Positions 1 to 20,529 of a stretch of 64,000 nucleotides of DNA are shown here, in pieces. The notes under the pieces were generated by a model, which ran no database searches, was not told the DNA's origin, and saw only the letters and a program-made list of their open reading frames with translations. Where the stretch lies: positions 252,588,001 to 252,652,000 of the forward strand of contig OZ024740.1 in the NCBI GenBank assembly GCA_964016885.1, written 5' to 3'. Numbering within the stretch: position 1 is the first letter of the stretch; each line of letters starts with the position of its first letter. Position numbers and translations under genes: made by a program. This stretch comes from Eledone cirrhosa (taxonomy: Eukaryota).

Positions 1-1360
1 AAAAAGAGAAAAGAGAAGGTTATCTCAAATTCAAGTTGATAAATATAGACGCACATGTGAACCTACGTGATACGCTGCACTGATTCTTATATTTTATGAA
101 AAACTTCAATGCGTTAGAAAAGATTCCACCCTACATACATTTACATACATATATACATATATATAGACACAAAACATATAAGATATACATTAACATCTAA
201 AATAACATTCCAGCCTCACTTGCATGATCATCGATCAAGCATAGAGTAGACAACAGATATCAATATTAAAATTAAAAACGCCAAGAATATCTTCGTCACT
301 CCACAGAGTATCTAGGGACGCAAGAGAACATAGTATGCCATGCATATCGGTCATAGAATCAGAGTCAAAAGCAAACAAAACCAAAATTGTTCATCAAGCC
401 TTATTTAGCAGAAATCATTCAAAACTTATTCTACAAATGCTCTTATATTTATTATAGAAGTTTATCCAGCTTAAAAATGTATTCAAAAGATTGGGGACAA
501 CGCCAATTATAGGGTAGTTTATTTAATCTCATTAATTTCATGCAGAAAGGTTTTTAAAAAAAAAAAATTTAAGGAATCGAAAGATTTATCGCCAAGTATC
601 ACAAATAGTCAAATACCTTAAGTAAATATACTACATTTTATATTACATTTTAAATTTATATTTATATTTAAATGTTGAGTTCAATCTATGTCTGCAACAG
701 CTGAATAAATTGGTTCGTAAATTAAGGGAATTTTTAGATTTTAATATAAAGAATATCTCCTCCGCGCAGAGGTCACAAGTCTCAGAAGAGGAATTAAAAG
801 GAATCCCTTTTGAGACTATATTCCAAATCATCGAATATCCAACTTTATCATGCTTAAGTTGCCAGAGTAACCCTGACAGCAATGTTGAGGATTTTTTATT
901 TGGATCCGTGAAAGAGTTTTTGTGATTATTATAGCGAAGTTTAAATTCTGTCGAGGTGGAACCAACATAATTAAAAGAATTTAAATCAGTTCTAACATTA
1001 CAGTTGTATATTATATTTTTAACTAAGCAATTGTTATTTAGCGGACATTTAGATCTATCTCTACAGTTACAGTTTTTTAGTTGAATATTGTTTAGGCTAT
1101 TTTCGGTATTTTGGCTAGGTTTTAGATTCCTATTATTTATTCTATTAATATTTTGTGCTAAATTTTTGGTGGACGAGTACGTTAATTTTATAGTATGTCT
1201 ATTAAAAATTGAGTGATACTTATGTGTTCTAGGGAAGCGTTTGTCAAGAGCATTAAAAAATAGTTTAGCGATGTGGGTTTTAATGTTTAGTGAGAAAGGG
1301 GGGGGCAAACCATATTATATTTCTAGTTCTATTTCTTTTCTGGTTTTTGAAATTATTGTA
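1..1360 (-). mobile_element. Hydra-like Penelope-like element, 3' part (GIY-YIG end plus 3' UTR running off the window)
   Basis: ORF 643-1308 has CNC..CPL..CL, IIY...YVGST..FKLRY.NH, CDLC..E and LN.R....C.H; near-identical to the C-terminus of the 28644 ORF; 5'-truncated into (TA)n. Confidence 0.85.
643..1308 (-). pseudogene. GIY-YIG endonuclease C-terminal fragment of a PLE ORF
   Basis: IIY/YVG motifs with conserved R, H, E and N residues; no real start codon. Confidence 0.85.
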
Positions 1361-1391
1361 TATATATATATATAAATATATATATATATGA

Positions 1392-1424
<33 letters not shown>

Positions 1425-1454
1425 AATATATATATATATAAATATATATATATA

Positions 1455-1531
<77 letters not shown>

Positions 1532-1534
1532 TAT

Positions 1535-2308
1535 CTGGTCGTTATTATTTGGCTGTACGGGTGATTTTAGGCATAATCTTTGTGTGTTGGTATCTTAACG
1601 ATAGTTATAGCTCTGATTTATCTGAATTATTGAGCCCCTCTGCCACTCATGTCGGATTATGTTTATCGTAAATTCGTGAGCTGATTTTCCGATACTCGAT
1701 TATTCTATTATATTTAGCTCTAGACATAGCTATTGACCAGTTAATTTTATTGTTCATTTTTTGTCGATTCTATTGAATGATGAATAGCTCCTGTTTATTT
1801 TAACATGTCTATCGAGCACTCTTTTTTCGATATGTGTATTCCACATTACCGATTATCTTTCGCGAATATAGAGGTTATCTCCCTTGCTGGACTCCATGTG
1901 CGTCTAGCTATAGTTAATTTCTTCATTCGCCGGACATGGCCCGTTGATAAAGTTATTCCGGTCCCTCCTCTCCCTAGAAGTCTTATATATTTTTATGTGG
2001 GCTGATAGGGGGTGGATTAAGGAATAGCAGAAACCCAAGAAGCTAGATTTACCACCTTTCTAGTGGGTCCGGGTAAGTTTTTACGCTCATATCATTATTG
2101 ATTTATTGTTATTTTATCTGTGTGACCCGAATCTTCCTGGTAGTTATTTTTCGGCTGTACGGGTGATTTTAGGCATAATCTTTGTGTGTTGGTATCTTAA
2201 CGATAGTTATAGCTCTGATTTATCTGAATTATTGAGCCCTCTACCACTCATGTCGGATTTTGTTTATCGTAAATTCGTGAGCTGATTTTCCGATACGCTC
2301 GATTATTC

Positions 2309-2312
<4 letters not shown>
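1535..2312. repeat. Unidentified element with a ~175-bp direct repeat (1536-1710 and 2138-2312), period ~600 bp, flanked by (TA)n
   Basis: GGCTGTACGGGTGATTTTAGGC...GATTATTCTATTAT occurs twice. Confidence 0.75.
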
Positions 2313-2353
<41 letters not shown>

Positions 2354-2438
2354 GAATATATATATATATATATATATATATGAATATATATATATATGAA
2401 TACATATATATATATATATGAATATATATATATATATA

Positions 2439-5400
2439 TCATCATCATCAACGTTTAACGTCCGTGTTCCACGCTTGCATGGGTTTGGACGGGGTTATTC
2501 CCACTTGAGGCAAGAGTGATTGTCTTGCTCGCATACGACTGTCTGGCAGGTTTTCTACAGTTGGATGCCGTTCCTAACACCAACCACATTTACAGTGCGG
2601 GTCTGGGAAGTTTTTACCGTGTTGCCTACACGGCCACATTACAGCATGGACTGTGTTGTTTTGTCGTGACACCTACACGATCTCATTTGTTTTGGCCTGG
2701 ATGGCGCGGTACCAACATAATGGCGCGGCACCAACATAACTTTACATAGAACGGGGTGGTGTGGATGGGGTGGGGGTGGTGGGACGGGGGTGTATTTTGT
2801 TAGAGATGCCTACTGGCTGTAGTGGGTTTTACTATGTATTTAGGTAAGGTGGGTCTTCTCTGTTACTGAGTACCGCCAAAGGTCTCGGTCCAGTGACATT
2901 GTCTTGGAGACGTGTAAGTGTGTGAGGTCGGAGTTTATCAGCTCGTCCCAGGTTTTTCTAGGTCCGCCTATTCCGTGGCTACCGTCTATCTTTATTGCCC
3001 TGCAGTTTGTTATACAGCTATCGACTTTCATGCGCATCATGTGTCCATACCAACGTAGCCTTCTCTCGAGTAAACAACATCTGATCCCTCTTATTTCTAA
3101 TTTTTTCCTTAGTTCGGTTATGCTTTGCCATTCACGTATATTACTGTTACACATCCAGCGGAGCATGCAAGCTTCGTTCCTCTCTAGTCTGCGTAAATCC
3201 TCTGCACACAATGCCCAGGTCTCACTGCCATGCAACATTGCTGTTCGTATGCAGGCATCATACAACCTGCCTTTCATTTTTAGGGAGAACCCTTTAGCAG
3301 CTAATAGTGGTATAAGCTCTCTGAACTTTTTCCAACCAGTTCTGACTCTAGCTACTCTACTTTCAGAGCACCCTTCATCCACTGCTGATTTTGTCGCCCA
3401 GGTAAGGAAGCTGTCCACTATTTCTATAGAACCCTCTGCGCAATTGAATGAGCTAGTATTTGTGGGCACTTGCTGCTACTTATTGCACCAGAGCACCGGC
3501 CACATGTAAAATCTATGTTCTTAGTTAGCTTACCTGTGATCCCACTACATCTTTTATGCACCCATACTTTGCATTTGGGACATAAAATGGAGTTTCTACC
3601 TACGCCTTTCCTACACACTGAGCATGGCCATTTCCCAGAAGGGACCGCCGCCTTATTTTATTTCCTACAAACTAGAACTTTAGTCTTAACCAGGTTAATT
3701 TTAAGTCCTTTTGATTCTAGGCCGTGCTTCCATGTTTGGAATTTCTTCTCTAGCTCGGCAATTGATTCAGCTATGAGTGTCAGGTCGTCTGCGTATAGGA
3801 GTTCCCATGGGCAGCCGGTCTTGAACTCCTCTGTTATAGCCTGAAGGGCAATAATAAATAGTAGGGGGCTGAGAACAGAGCCCTGATGGACGCCAACTTT
3901 TACGCTAAACTCTTCACTATATTCGTTGTTAATTCTAACCTTGCTGACTGTTTCTTTATACATGGCTTGTATAGCTCTCACAAGCCATTCGTCAACCCCT
4001 AGTTTTCTAAGAGCCCACCAGATAATGGAGCGGGGGACTCTGTCGAAGGCTTTCTCCAAGTCGACAAAAGCTAAGTATAGGGGTTTACTTTTAGCTAGGT
4101 ACTTCTCCTGTAGTTGTCGTACAATGAAAAGAGCGTCTGTGGTACTTTTGCCTGACACAAACCCGAACTGAATTTCATCTAGATCAATTCTGTCTCTGAT
4201 TAGTTGCGCTATTACTTTTTCCGTGACCTTCATGACCTGGTCGATTAATTTAATGCCTCTATAGTTACTCCTATCTAGGGCATCTCCTTTACCCTTATAA
4301 TAGTTAACGAATATCACGGTTTTCCTTGACGCATTGCCTAGCAATCCGGAACACCTCACGTTTTTGGTCCTCGCGTTGTAGAACATGCTTGAACTTTCTT
4401 TTCTCTGCTTCCCTTCTTGCGAAATACACTTGTCTCCTAGCTTCCCTCCTGGCCACTTGATAGTCTTCTCTACTTCCCCCATCCCGCCATACTTTCCAAG
4501 CCTGCTTTTTGGCTTTAATTGACCCCTCCACCTTACTATTCCACCACCATGTTACTCTCCTCCTGCCTACAGGCCTGCTCCAGCCACAGACTTCGTCTGT
4601 CGCCATCAGCAGGTTTGCTTTCAGAAATTCCCACTGTCCCTCTATATTGTCCGACTCTAATTGCTCTTCCTTACTGTCGAAAGCATCAAGTAATATGCTT
4701 TGAAATTTATTTCTGGCTGTGGGGTCCTTTAGCTTCCATATTTTTCTCCTGAGGATAGTCCTCTTCTGCTGTCGAGTACGTCTCGTCCTGACTATGAGGT
4801 CGCTAATTATCAGTCTATGTTGGGAGGTGCATTCTTCATGGGGGAGGGATTTAGTGTTTACAACAGACACTCTGTCACGTCTTCTGGTAAGGATATAATC
4901 TACCTGGCTTGTGTGTTCCCCGGATCTATAGGTGATCATGTGATTGTCACGTTTTTTTAAGTTAGTGTTACAGATAGTTAGGTTATTTGCGTCGCAGAAT
5001 TCCAGGATTCTGGAGCCTTCCTCATTTCTAGTACCAAACCCATAGCCTCCATGGATTTGGTCGTAGCCGCCACAATGTTGTCCAACGTGACCATTTAGGT
5101 CACCTGCAATAATTATATAGTCATTGTCGGTTATTTGGGAGGTAGTGAGCATCAGTGCCTCATAGAATCTGTCTTTTATAGTGCCGGGCAGTCCGGATTG
5201 GGGTGCGTACGCAGATATTACTGTCACCGTAGTTCTATTGAGGACAAGTCGTATTTTAATTATTCTGTCGTTCACTCTATTTACGTCTATTATCTTATCT
5301 GCCCACTTTTCTGCTACCATGATTCCTACTCCACCCAGCCCATCGTCCTTTCCCACCCAGAAAAGCTTATAGCATCGTTTTTTACCCTCAATGAATCTAG

Positions 5401-5617
5401 CAGACCCACCCCTCCACCTGGTCTCTTGAATACAACACACATCGACCTCCTTACGTTCAAGCATTTCTACAACCTCGTTAGCGCGACCCTTTAGGGTGCC
5501 TACATTTATGGTACCAACTCTGAAGTTTTGGATTGCGTTTGGAGGGTGGGGCGCTGGGTGGCGGGGGGAGAGATGGGGTTTTGTTAGCCGTCCGCGGTCG
5601 AAACAAAGAGGAGTGCT

Positions 5618-5620
<3 letters not shown>
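2439..5620 (-). mobile_element. RTE-clade LINE family 1, degenerate copy with an internal deletion near 4310 and frameshifts
   Basis: ORFs 4304-5464 (APE: [20 protein letters not shown]), 3658-4482 (RT: QGSVLSP, YADD) and 2840-3469; (GAT)n tail at 2439-2450. Confidence 0.95.
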
Positions 5621-5661
<41 letters not shown>

Positions 5662-5959
5662 TATATATATATATATATGAATATATATATATATATATGA
5701 ATATATATATATATATGAATATATATATATATATATGAATATATATATATATATATGAATATATATATATATATGAATATATATATATATATGAATATAT
5801 ATATATATATATATGTGAATATATATATATATATGAATATATATATATATGAATATATATATAAATGAATATATGAATATATATATATATGAATATATAT
5901 ATATATATATATATATATGAATATATATATATGAATATATATATATATATATATAAATA

Positions 5960-6013
5960 TGTAAGTATGTATGTATACGTACATACATATATGTATACAG
6001 ACGTACAGTAGCA

Positions 6014-6069
<56 letters not shown>

Positions 6070-6655
6070 TACATACAGGTACACATACATATATGTACGC
6101 ATCAGTTTAGCGGACGCTTATTATAGCGCCCGCTTTGTTCGTTTGTAAACAAACTGAACAGCCTGAATTTATGCCGCACGGTGTTAAGGCAACCACGTCA
6201 CCTTTTTGTTCAACACTGACACAGGAACGATGTACTAGTTTCAAGCTTGTTAGCTATCATCAGCAGTATACCCATCTGCCAGATAGTTGAATGTTCGAAA
6301 GTATATACTTTCCTTATGAAAATTAACGGCTGAGCAGCCTAATTTGCATATCGAGTGAGTTAAATCGGTCAGGCGCACCGAAAACGATGAGTTGTAATAA
6401 AATGAAAACGAAATTTCATTTCTCACTCTTAGTATGGCACTTACTTAAATGTAAGTATGTATGTATACGTACATACATATATGTATACAGACGTACAGTA
6501 GCATGCATATATATATATATATATACATATATACACCGTGCGGCATAAATTCAGGCTGTTCAGTTTGTTTACAAACGAACAAAGCGGGCGCTATAATAAG
6601 CGTCCGCTAAACTGATGCGTACATATATGTATGTGTACCTGTATGTATATATGTA
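5960..6655 (-). mobile_element. Dispersed copy (~1.15 units plus inverted arm 6535-6655) of the 501-bp hammerhead repeat
   Basis: Aligns by eye to the 52667-54900 units; hammerhead core at 6226-6270 has a weakened stem I. Confidence 0.85.
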
Positions 6656-6740
6656 TATATATATATGAATATATATATATATATATGAATATATATATAT
6701 ATATATATATATGAATATATATATATATATGAATATATAT

Positions 6741-6996
6741 ATCATCATCATCATCATCAACGTTTAACGTCCGTGTTCCACGCTTGCATGGGTTTGGACG
6801 GGGGTAGTCCCACTTGAGGCAAGAGTGATTGTCTTGCTCGCATAGGACTGTCTGGCATGTTTTCTACAGTTGGATGCCCTTCCTAACACCAACCACATTT
6901 ACAGTGTGGGTCTGGGAGGTTTTTACCGTGTTGCCTACACGGCCACATTACAGCGTGGACTGTGTGTTTTTTTGTCGTGACACCTACACGATCTCA

Positions 6997-6997
<1 letters not shown>
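6741..6997 (-). mobile_element. RTE family 1, 3' UTR fragment
   Basis: Matches 48320-48575; (GAT)n tail. Confidence 0.9.
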
Positions 6998-7934
<937 letters not shown>

Positions 7935-8271
7935 GAAACAATATTTGTCATAATATTATCCAGGATTTAAAGAAACATTATTTCAAAATCGGGGTGTTCA
8001 ACTAAACAGAATATCTTGATGTCTAGCAACAGTATAAAATAAAGTACCAGTAATATAAAATAAAGTACCAGTAATACACTGGGATAATTGCTGGCCTTGT
8101 GCCAAAAGTAGAAACAATTATGACAAATATTGAAATAGCATTTTTTTAAAACCACTTCACTCCATTTTCAAAGAGACAGGGAGTAACGATATATCCATTT
8201 TTTAATTAATGTTCCTTTGAATCCTCGATAATGCTCTGTTGAGTGTTGAAATAACATTTTTTTAAACCACT

Positions 8272-8818
8272 TTGGCGGTACTCAGTAACAGAGAAGACCA
8301 GCCTTACCTAAATACATAGTAAAACCTACTACATCCAGTAGGCATCTCTAACAAAATACCCCCCCCCCCCCGTCCCATCCACACCACCCCCGTTCTATGT
8401 AAAGTTATGTTGGTGCCACACCATCCAGGCCGAAACAAATGAGATCGTGTAGGTGTCACGACAAAAAAAAAAAAAAACACACAGTCCACGCTGTAATGTG
8501 GCCGTGTAGGCAACACGGTAAAAACCTCCCAGACCCACACTGTAAATGTGGTTGGTGTTAGGAAGGGCATCCAGCTGTAGAAAACCTGCCAGACAGTCCA
8601 CGCTGTAATATGGCCGTGTAGGCAACACGGTAAAAACCTCCCAGACCCACACTGTAAATGTGGTTGGTGTTAGGAAGGGCATCCAACTGTGGAAAACCTG
8701 CCAGACAGTCCTATGCGAGCAAGACAATCACTCTTGCCTCAAGTGGGACTACCCCCGTCCAAACCCATGCAAGCGTGGAACACGGACGTTAAACGTTGAT
8801 GATGATGATGATGATGAT
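8272..8818 (+). mobile_element. RTE family 1, 3' end with two 112-bp UTR repeats
   Basis: TTTGGCGGTACTCAG...CACGGACGTTAAACG(TGA)n. Confidence 0.92.
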
Positions 8819-8821
8819 TTG

Positions 8822-8923
<102 letters not shown>

Positions 8924-9165
8924 AGTATATATATATATATATATATATATAAGTATATATAGTATTAGTTATACTATTTATGGTTATGTAAACACAAAAC
9001 CTTAAGCAGTTGTAAGTATTTTACACACACCCTAAATAGTGGTAGGCAGTAATGTATTACTACCTTATTACCAGTAAGTTAAGTAGCTCAATGTAAAAAC
9101 ATCAGATGATTTACAGAGCAGTTATATGAAATATAAGAATCAAAGAACTGTTCAAAACATTATTG

Positions 9166-9212
9166 TGCTTACAGCTGTTTCCTCCAAACCGAGGTTTGGA
9201 TTCTTCGGAGCA
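9166..9212 (-). ncRNA. Degenerate minimal hammerhead (CCGAAGA in place of CUGANGA)
   Basis: TGCT-CCGAAGA-ATCCAAA..TTTGGAG-GAAA-CAGCTG-TA-AGCA. Confidence 0.6.
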
Positions 9213-10647
9213 ATTTATTAATGCATGGACAGTTATATGACCTCCTTTTCAGCCGAGAGACATACCAATACATATTCAAACATTGATACATATTCAAACA
9301 TTGTGGGTCAACATTCATTACAAAATTTAGAGTGGCAGTACACACTTCGAGATTACATTTATATTAATAGGTACAATCAAAAATCAAAGATATAGGTTAA
9401 AGTACAACATGAAGATAAGTGGTTATATGGTGCAAATGTTATATGTGTGGCACGCATGTGCGTCTTGTTTATATAGTGTGGCAGAGAGATATGTGTGGTA
9501 GAGGCACTTAGGTAGGTAAATAAGAGTGTTAGGTTGGTAGATCTGGTGGCAAAGTCTTTATATGATTGATGTAGTCTGTGTGTGGAGAAATATTATAAGT
9601 ATTAAAGATAGTGCAAGCATTAAAAGTGTTATAAGTATTGGAGATGCACAACGCAGGGATGTCAAGTAATTCATGTACTTCGGCATTTTCATGGTCAAGG
9701 GAGTGTATATTTCGATTATATGCCTTTCACATAATCCACGACAATCCAGTTAGAGATCGTAGTCTGGTGTTCTTTAGTTCGATACAGGAGGTTGTTACGT
9801 TTCGAGAGACGCCATTGAATACCGGAAGTGTGTGTGTGGCTAAGGGGAGTTAATGCATGCGGGGAGGTAACTCTGGGGTTTCTATATCTAGCCATTAAAA
9901 TGTGTCCCAATATGGACCCTAAATTCTATGGTGAGGTGCACCTTCCAAGAGAGACTTTTAAAGCATAAAGTGCACTAACTATAGAGTAGTTTAACTAAAT
10001 TATGCTGAAGGTGATCATATTATTATTAAGGTGGATTAACCCATCTTAAGGTGCTACAAATGGAAATTATAGATGATGAGCGAGGATTCTAAATTAATGA
10101 TCTCTGTGGTTGTAGTCTGCTCATATGACCAGGCGCGGTGATTGCAGGATTGCTTCAGGACCCAATGATCTCTGGTAAGATCTGGGTCATCGCTTGCTAC
10201 ATTGGATGTCGAAAGATAATCGTCCCCAGGCAGGCCAAAGGTCAATCCGCAGTCCTCGCGACCCCTCTCTGACCGTCAGATCATCCATATACGTACAACC
10301 CGCACGGCAGTTGCATTGCATTCACTCACTGCGCTCAGCAGCCCGGTCCTACTGGTCAACAGCGCTACTCGATTAAATCATTTTACATCTGTCTAAGGAA
10401 GGTGTTTCCTCTGCCCAACACCATCCAACCGATCAATTCATGCTCAAATTACCCTTAGAGCGGTGTAGTGCCGTCCAGGTGGGTGGATGTTGTCACACCT
10501 GCCGTAGAGGTATAAATGGGTATTTTCCCTGCGAAGGGTTCCAGAGGGATGTCGTTGTTTGTGTTATAATGGATCAGCTAGTGTTGGGTATGTAGTATAG
10601 GGTGTGTCTCTGGTGTTTGATGCTAGATGTGGTGTTAGGTTCCATAA

Positions 10648-10680
<33 letters not shown>

Positions 10681-10691
10681 TATATATATAA

Positions 10692-10724
<33 letters not shown>

Positions 10725-10933
10725 TATATATATAAGTATATATATATGTATATATATAAGTATATATATATGTATATTATATATATATATATATAAGTAT
10801 ACATATATGTATATATATATATATATAAGTATATATATAAGTATATATATATGTATATATATAAGTATATATATATGTATATTATATATATATATATATA
10901 AGTATATATATATGTATATTATATATATATAGG

Positions 10934-10979
<46 letters not shown>

Positions 10980-11014
10980 AGTATATATATATATGTATGT
11001 ATATATATATATAT

Positions 11015-11160
11015 GTAAAATATTAAACAAATAATGAATAAAACAATGAAACAGTTCCTTATATTAAACAAAAAAAGTTCATTATTTAACGATCGTTTCT
11101 AGGATATATATGTGTTAGAATTGGCATGCATATTCATAGGATATATATGTGTTAGAATTG
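11015..11160. repeat. Fragment of the repeat family found at 38040-38440
   Basis: ATAATGAATAAAACAATGAAACAG...GGCATGCATATTCA is shared. Confidence 0.8.
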
Positions 11161-11198
11161 GTAAACTCTTGGTAGATTTATCTACATATATATATATG

Positions 11199-11413
<215 letters not shown>

Positions 11414-11432
11414 ATGTATATATATATATATG

Positions 11433-11472
<40 letters not shown>

Positions 11473-11486
11473 TGTATATATATATG

Positions 11487-11553
<67 letters not shown>

Positions 11554-12172
11554 ATGTATATATATATACATATATATATATATATGTATATATATATACA
11601 TATATATATATCATAAAACATGTCTATAGAATCACAAGATAAAATATATACCATTTCCTCTCCCAATTAGCAAAATTAACTATATAAAAAATCGAATAGA
11701 CCAGGCTATAAGAATGAGGCTTCTATGAAGAAATCTCCAACAAATAACCGAAACTAGCGCTTCGCGTCGGCCGCAACGGAATATTTATCGAATATTTCGA
11801 CAGCGTAATAGCCCAGATACAGTCAACTAAACAGAATTAGGTGTAAAATAAACTAAGAGAAAATAGAATACATTTAAATACCTCTACCATGGTTTCATCC
11901 GCATTTTGAGATTTCCAATAATTATGTAGTAATTATATAACTCGAGCGCCGGATTCATCCGGAGATTTGCTTTGATCTAGACACTAAATTTTCCAAGGTG
12001 ATCGCGCCAAGAATTAATTCAAAATGACTAAGAATCATGACGTAGTCGCGGTCAGGTTGTAAGGGGTGTGGTAGATGCTTACGACTGGTGGCTTTTTTGC
12101 TAGAAAGCACAGCACAATACAGCTAAATTTTGTATATATATATATATATGTATATATATGTATATATGTATA

Positions 12173-12223
<51 letters not shown>

Positions 12224-12250
12224 GTATATATATGTATATATATATGTATA

Positions 12251-12315
<65 letters not shown>

Positions 12316-12360
12316 GTATATATATGTATATATATATGTATATATATGTATATATATGTA

Positions 12361-12391
<31 letters not shown>

Positions 12392-12452
12392 ATATATGTA
12401 TATATATGTATATATATGTATATATATATATATATATGTATATATATGTATA

Positions 12453-12493
<41 letters not shown>

Positions 12494-12528
12494 GTATATA
12501 TATGTATATATATATATGTATATATATG

Positions 12529-12561
<33 letters not shown>

Positions 12562-12574
12562 GTATATATATATG

Positions 12575-12657
<83 letters not shown>

Positions 12658-12691
12658 GTATATGTATATATATATGTATATGTATATATAT

Positions 12692-13673
12692 ATCATCATC
12701 ATCATCATCACCGTTTTACGTCCGTTCTTCCACGCCAGCATGGGTTAGATGGGTTGTCCTGTTGTGGGCAGTGTCTGGTCGGCTGACCATGCCTTGCTCA
12801 TACAGGAACTGATCTGGCTTGATTTCCACAGCCGGATGCCCTTCCCAACACCAACCTCATTTACAGTGAGTGCTGGGTGCTTTTTCGTGGCGCCTACACG
12901 TCCACTTTACAGTGTGGGCTGGGTGCTTTTTTGCCGTGGCACCTCCACGACCACCTTGCGGTGGGGGGGGGGGGGGCTATTATATATTTGCTTCAGCATG
13001 TATCCATGGGAGGTCGGGTACCCTGTATTACTGCGTGACGCCAGAAGTCACGGTCGTGTGTCATTGACTTTGAGAGGTGTAGTTGGGTAAGGTCGGCTTT
13101 TATCACCTCATCCCACCCTCATCCCACCTCATCCCACCCTCATTACGCTGGTATGGACATGTGATGCGTATGAAGGATGACAGCTGAATAAAAAGGTGCA
13201 GAGCACTAGAAGTTGATGGAAACCGCGGAGTGGGGAGACCCAAGATGACTTGGGATGAGGTGATAAAAGCCGACCTTACCCAACTACACCTATCAAAGTC
13301 AATGACACACGACCGTGACTTCTGGCGTCACGCAGTAATACAGGATACCCGACCTCCCATGGGTACATGCTGAAGCATATAAACAATATGCCCCCCCCCC
13401 CACCGCAAGCTGGTCGTGGAGGTGCCACGGCAAAAAAGCACCCAGCCCACACTGTAAAGTGGACGTGTAGGCGCCACGAAAAAGCACCCAGCACTCACTG
13501 TAAATGAGGTTGGTGTTAGGAAGGGCATCCAGCTGTAGAAATCAAGCCAGATCAGTTCCTGTATTAGCAAGGCATGGTCAGCCGACCAGACACTGCCCAC
13601 AACAGGACAACCCGTCTAACCCATGCTAGCGTGGAAGAACGGACGTAAAACGGTGATGATGATGATGATGATG
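12692..13673. mobile_element. RTE family 2: two 3' ends in inverted, back-to-back arrangement (12692-13115 minus; 13141-13673 plus)
   Basis: The plus arm encodes LRWYGHVMRMKDDS...GVGRP; both arms end GGACGTAAAACGG(TGA)n and run into (TA)n. Confidence 0.9.
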
Positions 13674-13737
13674 ATATATATATGAATATATATATATATA
13701 TATATATGAATATATATATATATATATATATGAATAT

Positions 13738-13789
<52 letters not shown>

Positions 13790-13838
13790 GAATATATATA
13801 AATATATATATATGAATACATATGTATATATATATATA

Positions 13839-13902
<64 letters not shown>

Positions 13903-14159
13903 TATATATGTATATATATATATATGAATATATATATATATATATATATGAATATATATATATATATGATATATATATATATATGAATATATATATATAT
14001 ATGAATATATATATATATGAATATATATATATATGAATATATATATATATGAATATATATATATATATGAATATATATAAATATATGAATATATATATAT
14101 ATATGAATATATATATATATGAATATATATATATATGAATATATATATATATATGAATA

Positions 14160-14504
14160 CAATATTAAATAAATGGAAAACTATATTTATAAAACCATAT
14201 TTATTTCATTATATATATTTCGGGGATATCATGTTAACAATATGCTATGCCTTCATCAGACAAAATACAATATAAACAGTTTTATAGACAAATAGGTTTG
14301 ACATACCGTTATAACACCGACTTCATTTGAAGAGGTTTACTCTGGCTGTGAAAAAATTTTACACAGAGAGAAAGAAAAAGAGAGAAAACAGAAAGAAAGA
14401 CAGAAAACGAAGAAAAGGAAGAAAAAGAAGAGAAAGAGGAAATGCATGGAACAAAATAGAGAGAAGGAAAGATAGATAAAGCGAAGAACTTCATGTAAAG
14501 AAAC

Positions 14505-14505
<1 letters not shown>
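14160..14505 (-). mobile_element. Hydra-like PLE terminal repeat fragment
   Basis: Homologous to 32030-32185 and 22170-22640. Confidence 0.8.
14202..14267 (-). ncRNA. Minimal type I hammerhead ribozyme
   Basis: TATTTTGT-CTGATGA-AGG...CCCC-GAAA-TATATA-TA-ATGAAATA. Confidence 0.85.
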
Positions 14506-19198
<4,693 letters not shown>

Positions 19199-19663
19199 TA
19201 TATATATATATATGAGAGACGTAAAATAAGAAAATTATAAAATTAACTTACTTACTAAAATATAACTTCCAACTAATTAGTTTCTGAAATGGAATAAATA
19301 TACTTTCCGAAGAAAGCATAGAGAGTCATTTCGTCGTCAGGGAAGACTATTCTCATCTAAGTATCCAGGCAAAGCGTGGACTCTGGAAACTTATTCAAAA
19401 ATAAATCAGTGGATAGAAAATAGCAAAACGTGGACTGAATTCCTAGCCATTTAGAAAATCACTGCCTCTGCGTCGGTGGCAAATTCAAAAAGAATCAATC
19501 ACGTGACATCGAGGTCAATCAGTGGAAAGTGGTTTGCTAATAACACAGCGGCCTGTCTGCTACCATAGCAGCAGTCTTGGCCAATATTGCTCGACAAATA
19601 ATTTGGAGATATATGTTACTAGATATTAATTCTTTATAATATGAATATATATATATATATATA

Positions 19664-19701
<38 letters not shown>

Positions 19702-20269
19702 TATATATATATATAAATATATATATGTATATATATATGAACATATATATATATATATATGAATATATATATATATATGAATATATATATGTATATATAT
19801 ATGAATATATATATGTATATATATATGAATATATATATATATATATATGAATATATATATGTATATATATATGAATATATATATATATATATATGAATAT
19901 ATATATGTATATATATATATGAATATATATATGAATATATATATGTATATATATATGAATATATATATATATATGAATATATATATGTATATATATGAAT
20001 ATATATATATATATATGAATATATATATGTATATATATGAATATATATATGTATATATATGAATATATATATATATATATGAATATATATATGTATATAT
20101 ATATATATATATGAATATATATATGAATATATATATATATATATGAATATATATATATATATATTCATATATATATATATATATGAATATATATATATAT
20201 ATAAATATATATATGAATATATAAATATATGAATATATATATGAATATATATATATATGAATATATATA

Positions 20270-20303
<34 letters not shown>

Positions 20304-20529
20304 TATATATATGAATATATAAATGAATATATATATGAATATATATATGAATATATATGTATATATATGAATATATATATGAATATATATATGAATATAT
20401 ATATGAATATATATATGAATATATATATGTATATATATATGAATATATATATATATATATATATATGAATATATATATATATATATATAAATATATATGA
20501 ATATATATATATATATATATGAATATAAT

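Noticed and set aside
9600-10640. Possible decayed LINE C-terminus on the minus strand (CTLC...HL)
   Set aside because: Too many stops and too few motifs to assign by eye
11610-12130. CpG-containing unique block, possible SINE, tRNA or exon
   Set aside because: No A/B boxes, cloverleaf, ORF or second copy found; the same applies to 7935-8270 and 19215-19630
19300-19347. Minus-strand CTGACGA-C-GAAA hammerhead-like core
   Set aside because: No stem II and no convincing stem III
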